This document shows positions 34,498-47,225 of a stretch of DNA of 64,000 nucleotides, piece by piece. The notes beneath the pieces were generated by a model. That model did no database searches. It was not told the origin of the DNA and was given only the letters and a program-made list of their open reading frames with translations. Position 1 is the first letter of the stretch. Each line of letters begins with the position of its first letter. A program made the position numbers and the translations under genes. This DNA is from Bugula neritina (Eukaryota > Animalia > Bryozoa), in the NCBI GenBank assembly GCA_964035545.1, contig OZ037772.1, forward strand, positions 2,852,001-2,916,000, written 5' to 3'.

Positions 34498-35007
34498 CTA
34501 GAAGCCGACACACCCAGTACTAGTAGCCGCATTGAAATAGTAGCAGGAATAAATGGTAGTCAATGTAGGAGTGCGTTAATTGATGTCAAAATAGCAGGAA
34601 AACCGTATCAAGCATTAGCTGATGCCGGGGCTACGGTGACATTGATGCGCTCTGACATTGCTAAAAGATTGAGTCTACCATTATATTCAGGTACCTTGAC
34701 TGCAAAAGGGGTTAACAGCTCTAAACTTCATATAATAGGACGCACGGCCGCTGAGATTACAATTGGATCGAAAGTGTTTAAGCAGTGTTTTCATGTAGCT
34801 GATGATATTGGCCATGAGGTACTGCTTGGAACTGATTTTCTTAGCAAACTGGGTGATGTCACCTACAATTTTGCAAAAGGAGAGTTTCGTTTCTCTGGCG
34901 AAACTTTACCCATGGGAGAAACCAACGCACTAACTACTTTTAAAATAAGAACTGTGAATGCAGTACACATACCACCATATTCTCACCCGATTCATTACTC
35001 TACATAA
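34498..35007 (+). CDS. pro: Retropepsin-like aspartic protease, in frame behind the gag-env TGA (predicted readthrough extension); pol truncated after it
   Basis: 169 sense codons in the same frame, with VKIAGKPYQALADAGATVTLM and VLLGTDFL. The catalytic triad reads DAG instead of D(T/S)G. There is no ATG before the active site. Confidence 0.85.
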   Translation, partial: LEADTPSTSSRIEIVAGINGSQCRSALIDVKIAGKPYQALADAGATVTLMRSDIAKRLSLPLYSGTLTAKGVNSSKLHIIGRTAAEITIGSKVFKQCFHVADDIGHEVLLGTDFLSKLGDVTYNFAKGEFRFSGETLPMGETNALTTFKIRTVNAVHIPPYSHPIHYST

Positions 35008-35716
35008 CCATGCAGATATACCAGATATACTAATATTTACTACCATATTAATAATCAAGTTTTTCAACGGAACACAGGAGTTTTCCTGTTGTTCACAGGG
35101 GGAGTACTTTAACATTTTTTTCAGCATTACAGGTTAACATCTCCTACAGTTTTGGCTTCTTATAAAACAAACTTACTAAAAATTGCAGAAATCAAATTGA
35201 CTTTTGATTAAAATAAAATTAAGTAAGCTCTGTATTGGGAAAATTGAATCAAATCAAGCGGAATTTTTAAATATTCAAAGTTGGATAAAATGCGGAGTCG
35301 ATTGTTATCACCACCTCCTGTGACTTATGTTTATAATATTCATAATTAGTGTATTTTTAGTAAATGTTTACTTATGGCTAAAGTCTTGTTTTTTTATTTT
35401 ATCAACAGATATAGTTCATCAAAAAAAAAATAATAATGAAAATATGGTTACAAAAAAAAAGGAACAATGTAAGAAATGAGTGAAAAAAAAATATGTGACC
35501 AGAACAAAAAAAAATACTCACTCTAATCGATGAACTCACTAGTACTAATAGAATACATATATACAACAGCTAGTATACATAATTTTCAAATTTTACTCAT
35601 TCTATTGTGAAAGGTTTTTCTTCCTTTTTTTTTTATTTCAGAGTAGTAATGCTTAATTGTTTATGCTTTCAACAAGCATAAGCCACCGGAGGTGTCTTTC
35701 TCTAAATTGGGGAGGA

Positions 35717-36403
35717 TGCTATAGATGTATTCAAGTATTATTTCATACTTGACATTTTGTATGCTATACCACTACAATATAATATACTACAGATATAGCA
35801 TCCTGCTTCCCTGCAACCTTAGTTAGGGCTTAATATTGTTTTGTATTGAATACTTCCATGTATTCTATCTTTTCCCCATTTATAATATCTCTTTTCTTCC
35901 ATACATAGTGTATGCCTACTATATAGAATAGCAGTAACATTAAATAGACACACACTTACAAGGTTATACACCATGATACAGGACATACAACTAATTATTG
36001 GAGATGGTACAACATTAGCCCTAAAAGTATACTTCCACATATATGATGTTTCGCAACAGGACTTCTAGCCTAAGGATTATAGCACTTCGCTCTTTAGCTA
36101 TAAGATACTTATCACTTTCGTACCCTTACCTTTTATGTTGAGTGACGGAGCTCTGGCTACAAGAAGTAAGCAATGAGAGAACCTTCTGTCTAAACGTGGC
36201 AGCTTTGGTACAGGATTCCAGATCTCTTGTACATTAGAGTCCGTCGTAAGCAGATGTGACTGAAGAGAAGAATAATACCGGTAAGTGTGATACCAACTAT
36301 CAACGCGTTATAGTTATACACATGTAGAATATTCTAATTGTATGCATACCCTGTGTTATATTAGGTGCTTAGTAGTTGAAAACCCCCAGTACTCAATATA
36401 ACA
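35717..36403 (+). repeat. 3' LTR of family C
   Basis: Preceded by the PPT and followed by TSD ATAT. Confidence 0.95.
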
Positions 36404-36675
36404 ATATTACCAGTTTATGTTACCAAGTTATCTGACTAGTTTATATTACCAAGTTATATTGTCAGTTTATATTACCAAGTTATCTTACTAGTTTATATTA
36501 CCAAGTTATATTACTAGTTTATGCTACCAAGTTATATTACTAGTTTATATCACCAAGTTATCTTACTAGTTTATACTGCTAGTATTCAACAACTATTCTC
36601 CATCACATCTCAACTCTGACGCAACTACACTGACTAATCATCCGTATAGTTTATAGTTTATGTTGAACTCTTCAG

Positions 36676-38467
36676 ACCCTGAGAACTGTGCGTGTGGCTT
36701 CACCTGCGAGTGTGGTGCCTGTGTTGGGGTATGTGACCTTGACAGAGACTGTGGGAAGCTGCAGATCTGTTTGGAGAAAAGATGTTATCAGCAGGCCTCA
36801 CCAGATGACAGAACAGTTGTCTGGGATCTTTATCACTCTGAACTAGTAGAATGTTCTTCAGGTATGACCTTTGCTCCATTGGAGTTTAAAAGTGTTGCTT
36901 TCTGTTGTACTTATATCTGTGCTGGCCAGGATTTTTGAATGATTTTTGTAATGTATTTACGTAACAGAGTGTAAAATTAAAGCTGAATTTGCTTTATTTT
37001 CTATATATTTTGTTTGTGATTATCAGCATTTTTATTTGTAGAGATAAAATTTATCAAAAGAGTTTCATACACTTGTATTTACTTAGACTCGGACTGTGTT
37101 GGTGTGTGTGTGGGGGGACTTTGCTCAGACACCTGCAAGTACGAGCTGTCATGCACACTTGGCAGGACGTGTCAAGGTGGCAAGTGCTTCTATCCGTGTA
37201 CTGACAACACAGCCTGTCCTAGTGATGGACAGATCTGTCACCATGGTGACTGTAAAGAGGGCTGTCAGGTGAGTAGTCACTATGACTTATACTGCGAGTA
37301 TCGATGATTTTCATACTATGAGTTATGACTACCTACTATAATTTATACTGTGAGACCAAGTAGCTGCTGTAACTTATGCTGTAAATCATGACTAACTAAT
37401 ATCACTACTACTGTGAGTCATGACTAACTAATATCACTAATACTGTGAGTCATGACTAACTGATATCACTTATACTGTGAGACCAAGTAGCTGCTGTAAC
37501 TTATACTGTGAGTCAATTATCAAAAATAGCAAAGAAGTAGAGATATACTGTGTATTAAATTTAGTAAAGTTACCTAATTATGACTGGATGCTCTTCCTTG
37601 CATCACCAAAGGTTTTTACTGGGGCTTAAACCCATTACTTTAAGTTTACTAAGCAAACACTCTAACCCCTAGATCACTGCTGCACTTGCTAATGATCACA
37701 CTTTATGTATGATTGGTACCCAAATAGGACAGAGCAAAGATAACTAAAGCGAAGATAGAATATATTTTGACACTGCTGAAAAGAATTAAGCATAGAGCGT
37801 GTTATCTCATAAAGCCTTAATATAATTAAGTATAGTTACTCTGTTAGTATAGTTACTCTGCTAGTATAGTTACTCTGTTAGTATAGTTACTCTGTTAGTA
37901 TAGTTACTCTGTTAGTATAGTTACTCTGTTAGTACAGTTACTCTGTTAGTACAGTTACTCTGTTAGTATAGTTACTCTGTTAGTATAGTTACTCTGTTAG
38001 TATAGTTACTCTGTTAGTATAGTTACTCTGTTAGTATAGTTACTCTGTTAGTATAGTTACTCTGTTAGTATAGTTACTCTGTTAGTATAGTTGCTCTGTT
38101 AGTATAGTTGCTCTGTTAGTATAGTTACAGTAACAGTTTGCTAGTCATAATAACTTGCACTGTTAGTTGCTTAACAAGTTATTCTACATCTCTTGTAGCC
38201 ACAACCAAAGTGGTGTCTATATATCCTGCTAGTGACTTGAGTAATGACTCATATGTCTCCTACAGTACGAGTGGTCAGCTTGCGGCAGTGTTGGAAGAGA
38301 GTGGAGACAACTTGGATCAGAGGTATAGGTATTGCTTAGTATAAGTTATACCATTACCATATATTAGCAGAATGACAGATGAACTGACTGACAGACTGAC
38401 TGATTGACTGACAAACTGACTGACTGACTGACAAACTGACTGACTGACTGACTGACTGACTGACTGA

Positions 38468-38500
<33 letters not shown>

Positions 38501-38826
38501 TTGCTGACTGACTGACTGACTGACTGACTGACTGACTGACTGACTGACTGACTGACTGGACAGACAGACAGACAGATAAACAGGTAGGTAAATATCGATC
38601 AGATATATAGTGAAGCTACCAACTGAGACCCAGACTGTGTTTTGATACTGGTATATGATATCTTTCTACAATGTGTTTACAGTTCACTCTACAAAGTATA
38701 GTTTCATCAGATGGACTCACTCTACTCATGTGTAAGACTCATCAAGAATGTCTACCCAATCTGATCTGTGTTAGCGAGGTGTGCACACTGACGTGTAAAA
38801 GTGACTCCGAGTGTGCATCTAACCAG
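36676..38826 (+). pseudogene. Exons of a cysteine-rich repeat (C-x5-C-x4/5-C-x4-C) extracellular protein, probably degenerate
   Basis: Exon-like blocks at about 36676-36861 (CDLDRDCGKLQICLEKRC), 37088-37268 (CTDNTACPSDGQICHHGDC) and 38712-38826 (CKTHQECLPNLICVSEVC), with AG/GT borders and an apparent frameshift in the second. Confidence 0.55.
37830..38130. repeat. 17-bp tandem repeat
   Basis: Unit GTTAGTATAGTTACTCT. Confidence 0.9.
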
Positions 38827-40370
38827 GTTAGATACTGCATACATGTCTCTATCCTAGCAGGTATTTCACAAACTATTCTGAAACCCATACTTTTATTGTT
38901 CATTGTCTATGTATTCTCCACCATATTTTTACTAGAAGTAAACTTTATTTCAGTAATGAGTTTAAAATAAATTATTGTTTCGCATTGTACAGTTTATTAT
39001 TGCCTGAATCTTGTAATAAGAATATTGACAATATTAGAGCAGCAATGTGATTGGCTTAACAATACCAGAGCAGGGATTTGATTGGCTTAACAATATCAGT
39101 GCAGCGATGTGATTAGCCTAACAATATCAGTGCAGCGATGTGATTAGCTTTACAATATCAGCGCAGCGATGTGATTAGCTTTACAATATCAGTGCAGCGA
39201 TGTGATTAGTTTTAGAATATCAGAGTAGGGATGTTATTAGCTTTACAATATCAGAGCAGGGATGTTATTGGTTACTCTGTTCTGTTCTGCAGGGCTTCAG
39301 AGGAAATTGAGGGGAAATGGGATTGCCCTGTGCTGTAGGGGATTGCCCTGGAAAACCCATACATCAATGTCCAATGGGAGAGAGCCGGTCGACTGGGCTC
39401 AAGAGATTCCTCGGACCAGTCGGTGCTCCTGGTTATCCTGACCTGCAAGAACCGAGGTTGGTGAATAGTATCTTTGTGGGGCTCACTGCTTGTGTGGAAG
39501 TTGTCTCCTCTGAAATATTTGGAAGTATAGCTTGAGTTCCTTGCCCTGTATTCTCAGTTAGCCACACCTAGGTGTTTCACAGTTTATTACAGGGTTGGGG
39601 TAATTGTAATTTGTAATTGTAATTAGTTGTATTTAATTACATTTTTTCAAGTAATTGAATGTAATTTGTAATTGATGTATAGACATGTAATTGTAATTGT
39701 AATTAATTACATATCTAATGTAATTGATTTTTACAATTACATCTCAATTACTTCAAACTTTTAAATCTTAAAAAATTCATTCTTTTTTAACATGCCTACT
39801 GTTAAATAACAAGTTCAGGTTAAGTCAATGTAGTATAGTATCAGTGTTGAGAACAAAGGAGGTTCACCACTGTCAAAATTGCCCCTGCTAGTTGGATCCT
39901 AGAAAGGAAATTGTATAACTTCTATTTGTCCTTTGTGAGAACAAAAGTAATTGTAATTGTACTTAATTGCTTTACAATGTAATTTTGTAATGTAATTAAT
40001 TACATTTATTTCAACTGTAATTATAATACAATACAATACAATACAATACCACTGCAGCGATGTGATTGGTTTGACAATATCAATGCAGTGATGTGATTGG
40101 CTTGACAGTATCAGAGTAGTGATGTGATTGGCTACTCTGTTCTGTTCTGCAGGGCAATGCCTACTTGTATTACGTGTTAATCTTGTTTTGCAGTGAACAG
40201 AAAGGGAGAATGGGTTATAAAAGACACCCAGGATTTTACAGAACTGATGGAGAGGGAGGGTTCACCCGATGTTGATGGCCTGCCTGGTATATCCGGCAAT
40301 CCTGGGATGCAGGAGAAAGGAGACCACCTTGTTTCCCAGGAGATACCGAACTTTTTGGAGAACCAGGTAA
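38366..40370 (+). repeat. Segmental duplication copy A (direct repeat of about 51928-53973)
   Basis: Collinear ACTG microsatellite, Cys-rich exon, 30-bp repeats, collagen exons and hAT MITE. Copy A lacks about 230 bp, including the right end of the MITE. Confidence 0.92.
39293..40366 (+). pseudogene. Collagen Gly-X-Y exons, degenerate (copy A)
   Basis: GFRGN*GEMGLP...GPVGAPGYP and GSPDVDGLPGISGNPG, with a stop at 39308-39310 and many Gly substitutions. Confidence 0.8.
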
Positions 40371-43300
40371 TGTGCAGAACCTAAAGCACTTTTTTAGTCG
40401 TTTATGCAAAATTGTTCTTTCAGTCCAATATATGAAAGTTATAAAACACGCACTAACTGAAAGCCAATTTTTTTTCAATAAAGTATATCATAGACCTGCA
40501 TACTTTGTTCAGGAAAGAAGAGAGAGCCACGCCTACCATGTGTCCAATGAAAACAGATCTGTCATACTAAGTAGCTACAGACCTGCTATACCAGATAAAA
40601 ACAAACCTGCCATATTGCACAAAACTGAACCTGCAGTACTGAGCAAAGAGCAACCAATCAAATATTCCAAGCAAAGAGAAAACAATTCAGCATGCTTACC
40701 TTGTTCTGGTAACCACTACACAACTGTGAAGAGAAAGGGCTGGAAAGCTACACAACTTTGAGAGATTTCTCATACAGACAGCTGTTCTATAGGAAGTGTT
40801 ACATAAGAGTTGTGACTATTGACTATTATATACAGGGTTGTAAGAATGTGGACACAGTTTTAGGATTTATTATTTTAGGAATCCAATACGTTAGTTATGT
40901 TATGATAGCATTAACTTAGCAGAAGCTTTGGTGGAATTTGATATAATGCTTGATTACTACTCAAAGCAGGAAAGTTCAGTATTTTTTTAAAAAGATTATA
41001 ATATTATATTTGTATTTTCGTATAAATATATGTTCATTATACACGCCGGTCATAAAAGTCAATTCATTATATGGTATACAAAATTACATCTGCAAATAAA
41101 CATGTGCATGCTGCAGCTGAAGAATTACAAATAAAATGAAAAGGAAACAAAACATATTCAACTGGATGAGTCATCAAATGACATTGCTGTATAAAATGAC
41201 GAATTAGGAAAGAGAAAGCCTGTGGAAACAAAGCAACACTGAACTACAATGTGGCTAACAAATACCAGGTCAACAGAAATAATATCAAAACTAATGAATA
41301 AAATACCAAGAGGTGTAAAATGTCAATATAAGTACACATAGAAAAAATATGTGATATACAGAATAAAAAGTAACAGTTTAATATTGATAAAGCTTTTCAT
41401 TTTCACACAAACATAACATCTTTACAAGGCATTATTGTATATATATATATTGATGCACCGCCTTGTCTGTGTTTCTCAGCAGTGCCTGCAAACAAATATG
41501 GAGATATTACTCAGGAAATGAGCAGAATTCTTTTTATTTTAGATATTTTACATATTCTTACATTAACAAAGGCATAAACTTTAAACATCTACATAAAATA
41601 TTGGAGATATTTTAACTTTTTCTGCAACATCTGTAAGTTAAACAGTAAAAAACAAGTTTCTACCCAACATAAAATGTCAACCATAGGACAATCACCTGCA
41701 TGAATTGAATGATGAGCCTGGATATCTTATTGCTGAGCTGTGACATCCTCTGCACAGTGTCTGCCAGGTGCTCTGAGTCAATATCATCACACACACTAGA
41801 GCACAGCTGGCACTGTTCCAACAACACCTCCGATGAGGTCACCAGTTGCAGACAACACGCCCCTGTAGCTTCTTGACACTGGGAATCTTCTGGCTCTATA
41901 AGTTTGTATCATGAGGATATATTTAATACGATGTTACGTGATTATATGGAGTTGTCATCACAATACAAAATAGTGATAGTTTTGAGCAACAAATCTTATA
42001 TTATTATATGAACTTATTGAGAAATAGCATCTTGGGAACATAGGCTTTACATTACAACATTACCATACATACACATGTATAACAGAAGTTGAACAAAATA
42101 TTTTTATATTCCTATCCTAAAAATTTCAATATTTTTCAAGTCAGTTGGTTCTACACTGTTCAGTGGAATGCTTTTTTTTAAACAAAGAAAGTGTTATTTA
42201 CATTCATTAATTTTAGTTGCTAAGAGAGATAAAGTTGCAGATAGTTCTTTTCCTTTCAGATAAAACGTGTTACATATGCATATGAATATGTTCAACTGAT
42301 GATATCAATTAAAATACAAATACCTTGCAACATAAAATAAAACAACACCTGCAAAATACTGCTTACAATCGAATTTGCAGCTCAAACTGTAATGCTGAGT
42401 TCACCCTGTGGCCCCTGTAGTGTAATGGTAGCACGCTAGCGGGTGGAAAAGTTTTTAATTAAGTTCTGGGTTTGCAATGCAATTAGGACTCACCTGCTGA
42501 CGCTGCCTTGTAGCTCTCCAGAATGCTGCCAGCAGAGATTCTACACAACTCACACTGCCGCAGTATGCAGTCAAACACCTTCCTGCTCCCTGCATTGGTT
42601 GCTATAAACAGTACAGAGCTACACGTATGAGATAAGAGTGGACTAACAGAGTAGTCTCTGAGAATATATACGAGGTATATGATCAGAGAGGAGATTATTC
42701 CAAAACAGCCGAAACTAGGTTGGTGTGAAAATAATCCGACTTAATTAATGACTTTAGTAGTAAAACTACTGCTACTGTTGCAGGCACACTCAGCTCTCAT
42801 GTGCCTCACAGACGTCTCAAACATAAGGTAGTAAACTGCTTTATTAATTGAATTTTTTGTAAAAAGGGTGACAAACAATTGAGTGAAGACAAAAAAACAG
42901 AAACATAACCAGTACCTTTATTTTTTTGTAAACTGTAGGAGATGAAATCTTTGCACATGGAGAACATGGTACTGGAAGACATGAGCTTTGACCTTGACCT
43001 GCCTCTGACCTTCATAGATGGAGACTGCTGATTGGCTGAAGCAGAGGTAAAGACTAACTCCATAGAAGTGAGTTTATTCTCAGAGCTAAGGCTCTCGCTC
43101 AGACTGTCAATAGAGAAACACAGAGATAGAGCTGCTCTACTCATACGTGGTGGAAGTTGATAAATGTCAAATTAATACCAAAATATTACACTCATTTGTA
43201 CTGGAAATCGAATGAAATCATTAGAAAGTAAATGAGATATTTGAATTATCAAATAGCAAGGAGGTTATGTTGTTGGCAATTTAATTAACTATTTTCTCAA

Positions 43301-46211
43301 ATCAATATTATAAAGTATAAAACATAGTCTTAGAAAAACTCCACTGACAAAAATTGAACTTAAATTGGTGATCGAGCCAGCCCTAACATGTAAACACTAA
43401 ATTTATCCCAGTGATTAGGCCAACAGAACTAAACTATAAGATTCTTAGGCAGATGCGAGGAGTAGTTAGTGGAACTGTTATAGTGCAGACCATACTTAGC
43501 CTTAGTAGCTAGATTACCTGGTAACCTGCTGATTGAGGAGGTCAAGGAACTCTTCCAGCTGTCACCTGGGTTGGAGAAAACAGCCAGACACTCCTCATGA
43601 GGTGAGTTTCTGTGAAGTAACTCTCGCATGTCTGCTAGTCTCTCCTCAAACTTGGACACAGTGAAGTGTGTGTATCTATTGAGTTGTTTATCCGTTACCT
43701 TTACAACCATAACATTGTCCACTTCTTCCTGTTCAAATATCTAGAACAGACAGACGCATGGTGTAACATATTTACACGAATATTTATAAATGTATATATA
43801 TAAATAAACAAGTGTATGTGAGTGTATGTGTGTGTGTGGTGCGTGTGTGGTCTGTGTGTGCGTGCATGTATCTGTGTGTATTATTGACACAATCAAAGGC
43901 AAAATTCAACCTAAACAATTTTATCAATAGCTGGGTAGAAAGTACGGATCACATAATTTTTGTGAAAAAAAAACTTTTACACATGATAATTGAAAAACTA
44001 AAATAAAAATGCATATTTTTAATATCATCTGGTACATGCTTTAATTATGGCAGACACAAGGCATGCACAGAGAAAGATAATTTCTTTAGTACATACTGTG
44101 GGTAATGCTGATGTGGACACTATGAACAATGCAAGTATTATACAGGAGTTGTCTACTCTTTGAAAACAGATAACTTGCTGTAGGCATTGACTTTAATTGA
44201 ATCAGTTTATTGCCTTCCCTTATAAGAAGAGCGACCTTATAAAGGTCAGTTTTACCCGACTCTACAATAAATAGGAGTAACTCAGACTAACATTATAGGC
44301 CCTCCTGGGTTATTTTATCATGTAGTTTTCTCATCATACGTTACAACTCATTAGGATCTGGTAGTAGGAAAATATAAAAAAGATATTTTAATTTAGGAGG
44401 AAAAACTGAAAAGTTACCAAAATCGAAGATGAGGTCTAGCGGAATATTAAGAAACTTCTCACAACAAAGTAATTAGCAATGAAGGGTCAGAGGTCAAGCA
44501 TACACCAAATCTAGCAAATTTATTATCTTTAACAGCCTCTCAATGAAACCATGCCATGCCTAGTTCATGTCATAGCAACATACAACTGAGGGGGTGGGGG
44601 GGAGCATGACTAGGTTAGGAGAACATAACTCTGAAAAGAAAACAATGAGCTGTGTAATTATGTATGTTGATTTTCCAGGTACAGCAGGTGTAGAGCTCAA
44701 AGGATTACCAAATTTTAATATTGATATAGAATGCAATATTGAGTTTTAAAGGCAGTCATAAAAATGAAAAAGAAATAAAAGTAATGGCGCTGTGATGAAT
44801 ACAGATAATTAAAGCTGAAACTTCTGAACTTTCTAAAACCACACTATGAGAGACTACGCCGCCGTTGCAATCAACAATTGCAAATAAATGTTGTAAAAAC
44901 TCATATTTCTTTTTTATTTGCTTCCACAACAATGCTGAAGGAGATGAAGACTATGAGTGAAAACAACACAACCCTTTCTCTCTTACAGATCTAGATTGAG
45001 TATAGATTCACCATAATCCATTAGAGGGTATCGAGACACCAAATTACCGACCCCTACTAACTGAAGCTCACCACTAGGAACTGAAGCTAGGCTCTTCACA
45101 GCCACTTCCTCTTTGCCTCCTTTTAGGTGTTTGAGTCCCGCAGACTGGAGAGGAAGCGCTGGGCCGAGGAGATGGTAGGTAAAGAGTCCGTCAGCACGGC
45201 AGTGTGTGTGCGCTGCTTTACCTGCAACGGAGTATTTAGAAATATTCTCAGCAAAAACATTTCAATCACTGACTGTGTAGTTACAGTGAAAGTATAATAA
45301 TACCATAATATATAAGTCATCATAACATTGAAGTATACAATGATAACTAAACATATATGCCGAGTGATGACCAATGTGCGTGGGAACATTAATATATACA
45401 CATCAAACGACCAATATGCTTGGGGAATACTAATGAAGACATGACTGTACACAATAAACAGGCTTACTGATCATTCTTCGCTTCCTCAATCTTAGTCTTG
45501 GCAAACAGGAAGTCCTTAGGAATGCTGGAGGACGTGCGTTTAGATGGGTCAACGCCGGCGAGGTGATTAAAGTGGAAATAGAGATCACCACCGATAATAA
45601 CTCGGTCTACCTACAGACATGATAACAGGAAATGATTCAAGATTGAAAATATTACACTAAACTAGCATAGTAAATAAACTACAAACACTAATCTATCAGT
45701 TTCATAAGCAATTTCATCACCCATATAATTGGATAGAATCAAGTAGAGTTTGTCACCTAATACACTTCACAATTGCTATAAAATCGAAAATGTAACGCTG
45801 TAGAAATTTTGTAAGCAAATTAGAAATGTTAATTGACGAGTTTTATACACAATTGCATCACACATGTAACTAAAAAGAATTTAGCATGAGCAAGTGCATT
45901 CCATAATTTCTTACAGGTTATTCTAATACTTAAACACCACAAGGTTCATATATACAGTATAAGTAATGCAGTCATACAGTGTCATTAGATGCACATAGCT
46001 AGCAGAATCTGGCCACACAGTAAGCTGGCAGGTCCACAGTCAGTGAGGTTACAGTTCACACGTCTTACGTGGTTCAGTGTCATTGAGTCCACAATCTGCT
46101 CTCCATTCACAAAAGTGGGAGCTTCCTTATCAATAGGAGTTATCACCACCTGGTTATCTTTATGCACCAACAGACTGTAACAAGGACACTACATCTGAAC
46201 AGATTGACTTT

Positions 46212-46759
46212 TGACTTTTTTTCTTTAATATTTGTTCATGCCTACTTATATTATAGCCAGTATTTACACTGAATTTCACAACGTGTTGTCATGTCTGTGA
46301 TATGCAATCAATCAATCAATCGAATCACCAATCAACTAAAACTGCGTCTTCTTTCGAGATGTGACTTAAATTTAACACTTTACTCTACACCACCACGTTC
46401 TCTATGACATAGTATTCTATTTGAAAATTAAGAAATGCTTGCTTTTTAAGTACCACATGTATACTTGGACCAAATGTAACTGTAAGAATACCGTAGATAG
46501 TAAAACAATTTGTGTCGAAAGTACAAACACGAAGAATAATACCACCAAGATCAAAAGATTTGGCAGCAAATTATACTTCATTACAATTACAAACTAATGC
46601 ATAGTTACACTGATTGAAATTGAGTTATACTTCACTTTACTAATATATTGATGGATTGGTTTATTACATATCACAGACATGAAAACATGTTGTGAAAGTC
46701 AGTGTAAATACTGGCCATAAAAAGTAGGCATGAATAAAATTGAAAAAAGAAAAAAGTCA
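46212..46759. mobile_element. MITE with about 90-bp imperfect terminal inverted repeats
   Basis: TTCATGCCTACT..GCCAGTATTTACACTGA..TTCACAAC..CATGTCTGTGATATG and its reverse complement at about 46667-46759. Confidence 0.7.
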
Positions 46760-46974
46760 GAACTCTGTTGGATTATTTAAAATAAAAGATCATTTAAAGC
46801 ATTAACAAGGTATCTCTGCCCCATGCTTCTCTATATTTAATGGTTTGATATCCTGGTATTGGCAGTAAGTCATATTTCACTATACTAATAAGCTGAATAA
46901 ATGACAAATTTTATTAGAATTAATTAACTTTAACCAGAAATGCTATTTCACTTTCTATAGAAAAGTTACTGTTT

Positions 46975-47225
46975 AAGGGCAGACAATCACTAATACTCAC
47001 CAGTATGTACGAGGGTAGACAATTACTAGTACTCACTCTCAAGGGCAGATAATTACTAGTACTTATGAATATGATCAAGGGCAGACAATTACTAATACTC
47101 ATCAGCATGTTCAAGGGTAAACAATTACTAATATTTATCAATGTGATCAAGGGCAGACAATTACTAATACTCATCAGCATATTCAAGGGCAGACAACTAC
47201 TAATATTCACCAGTATGTTCGAGGG
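46975..47225. repeat. About 36-bp intronic tandem repeat
   Basis: Unit CAAGGGCAGACAATTACTAATACTCATCAGCATGTT. Confidence 0.85.

Larger units (their letters stand above)
28684..36403 (+). mobile_element. Envelope-bearing Ty3/gypsy-like LTR element, family C (gag-env-pro; no RT, RNase H or IN)
   Basis: 687-bp TG...CA LTRs at 28684-29370 and 35717-36403 (about 7 differences), TSD ATAT, PBS at 29374, PPT GGGGAGGA at 35709-35716. Confidence 0.95.
26401..36580. repeat. 26-bp (13+13) satellite array split by three LTR insertions
   Basis: Unit TTATATTACCAAGTTATATTACTAGT, present at about 26401-26531, 26862-26998, 28410-28683 and 36404-36580. Confidence 0.9.

Noticed and set aside
42408-42480. tRNA-like start (TGTAGTGTAATGGTAGCAC), with a similar patch near 418-490
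   Set aside because: No complete cloverleaf or intact B-box/acceptor stem; at most decayed SINE heads.
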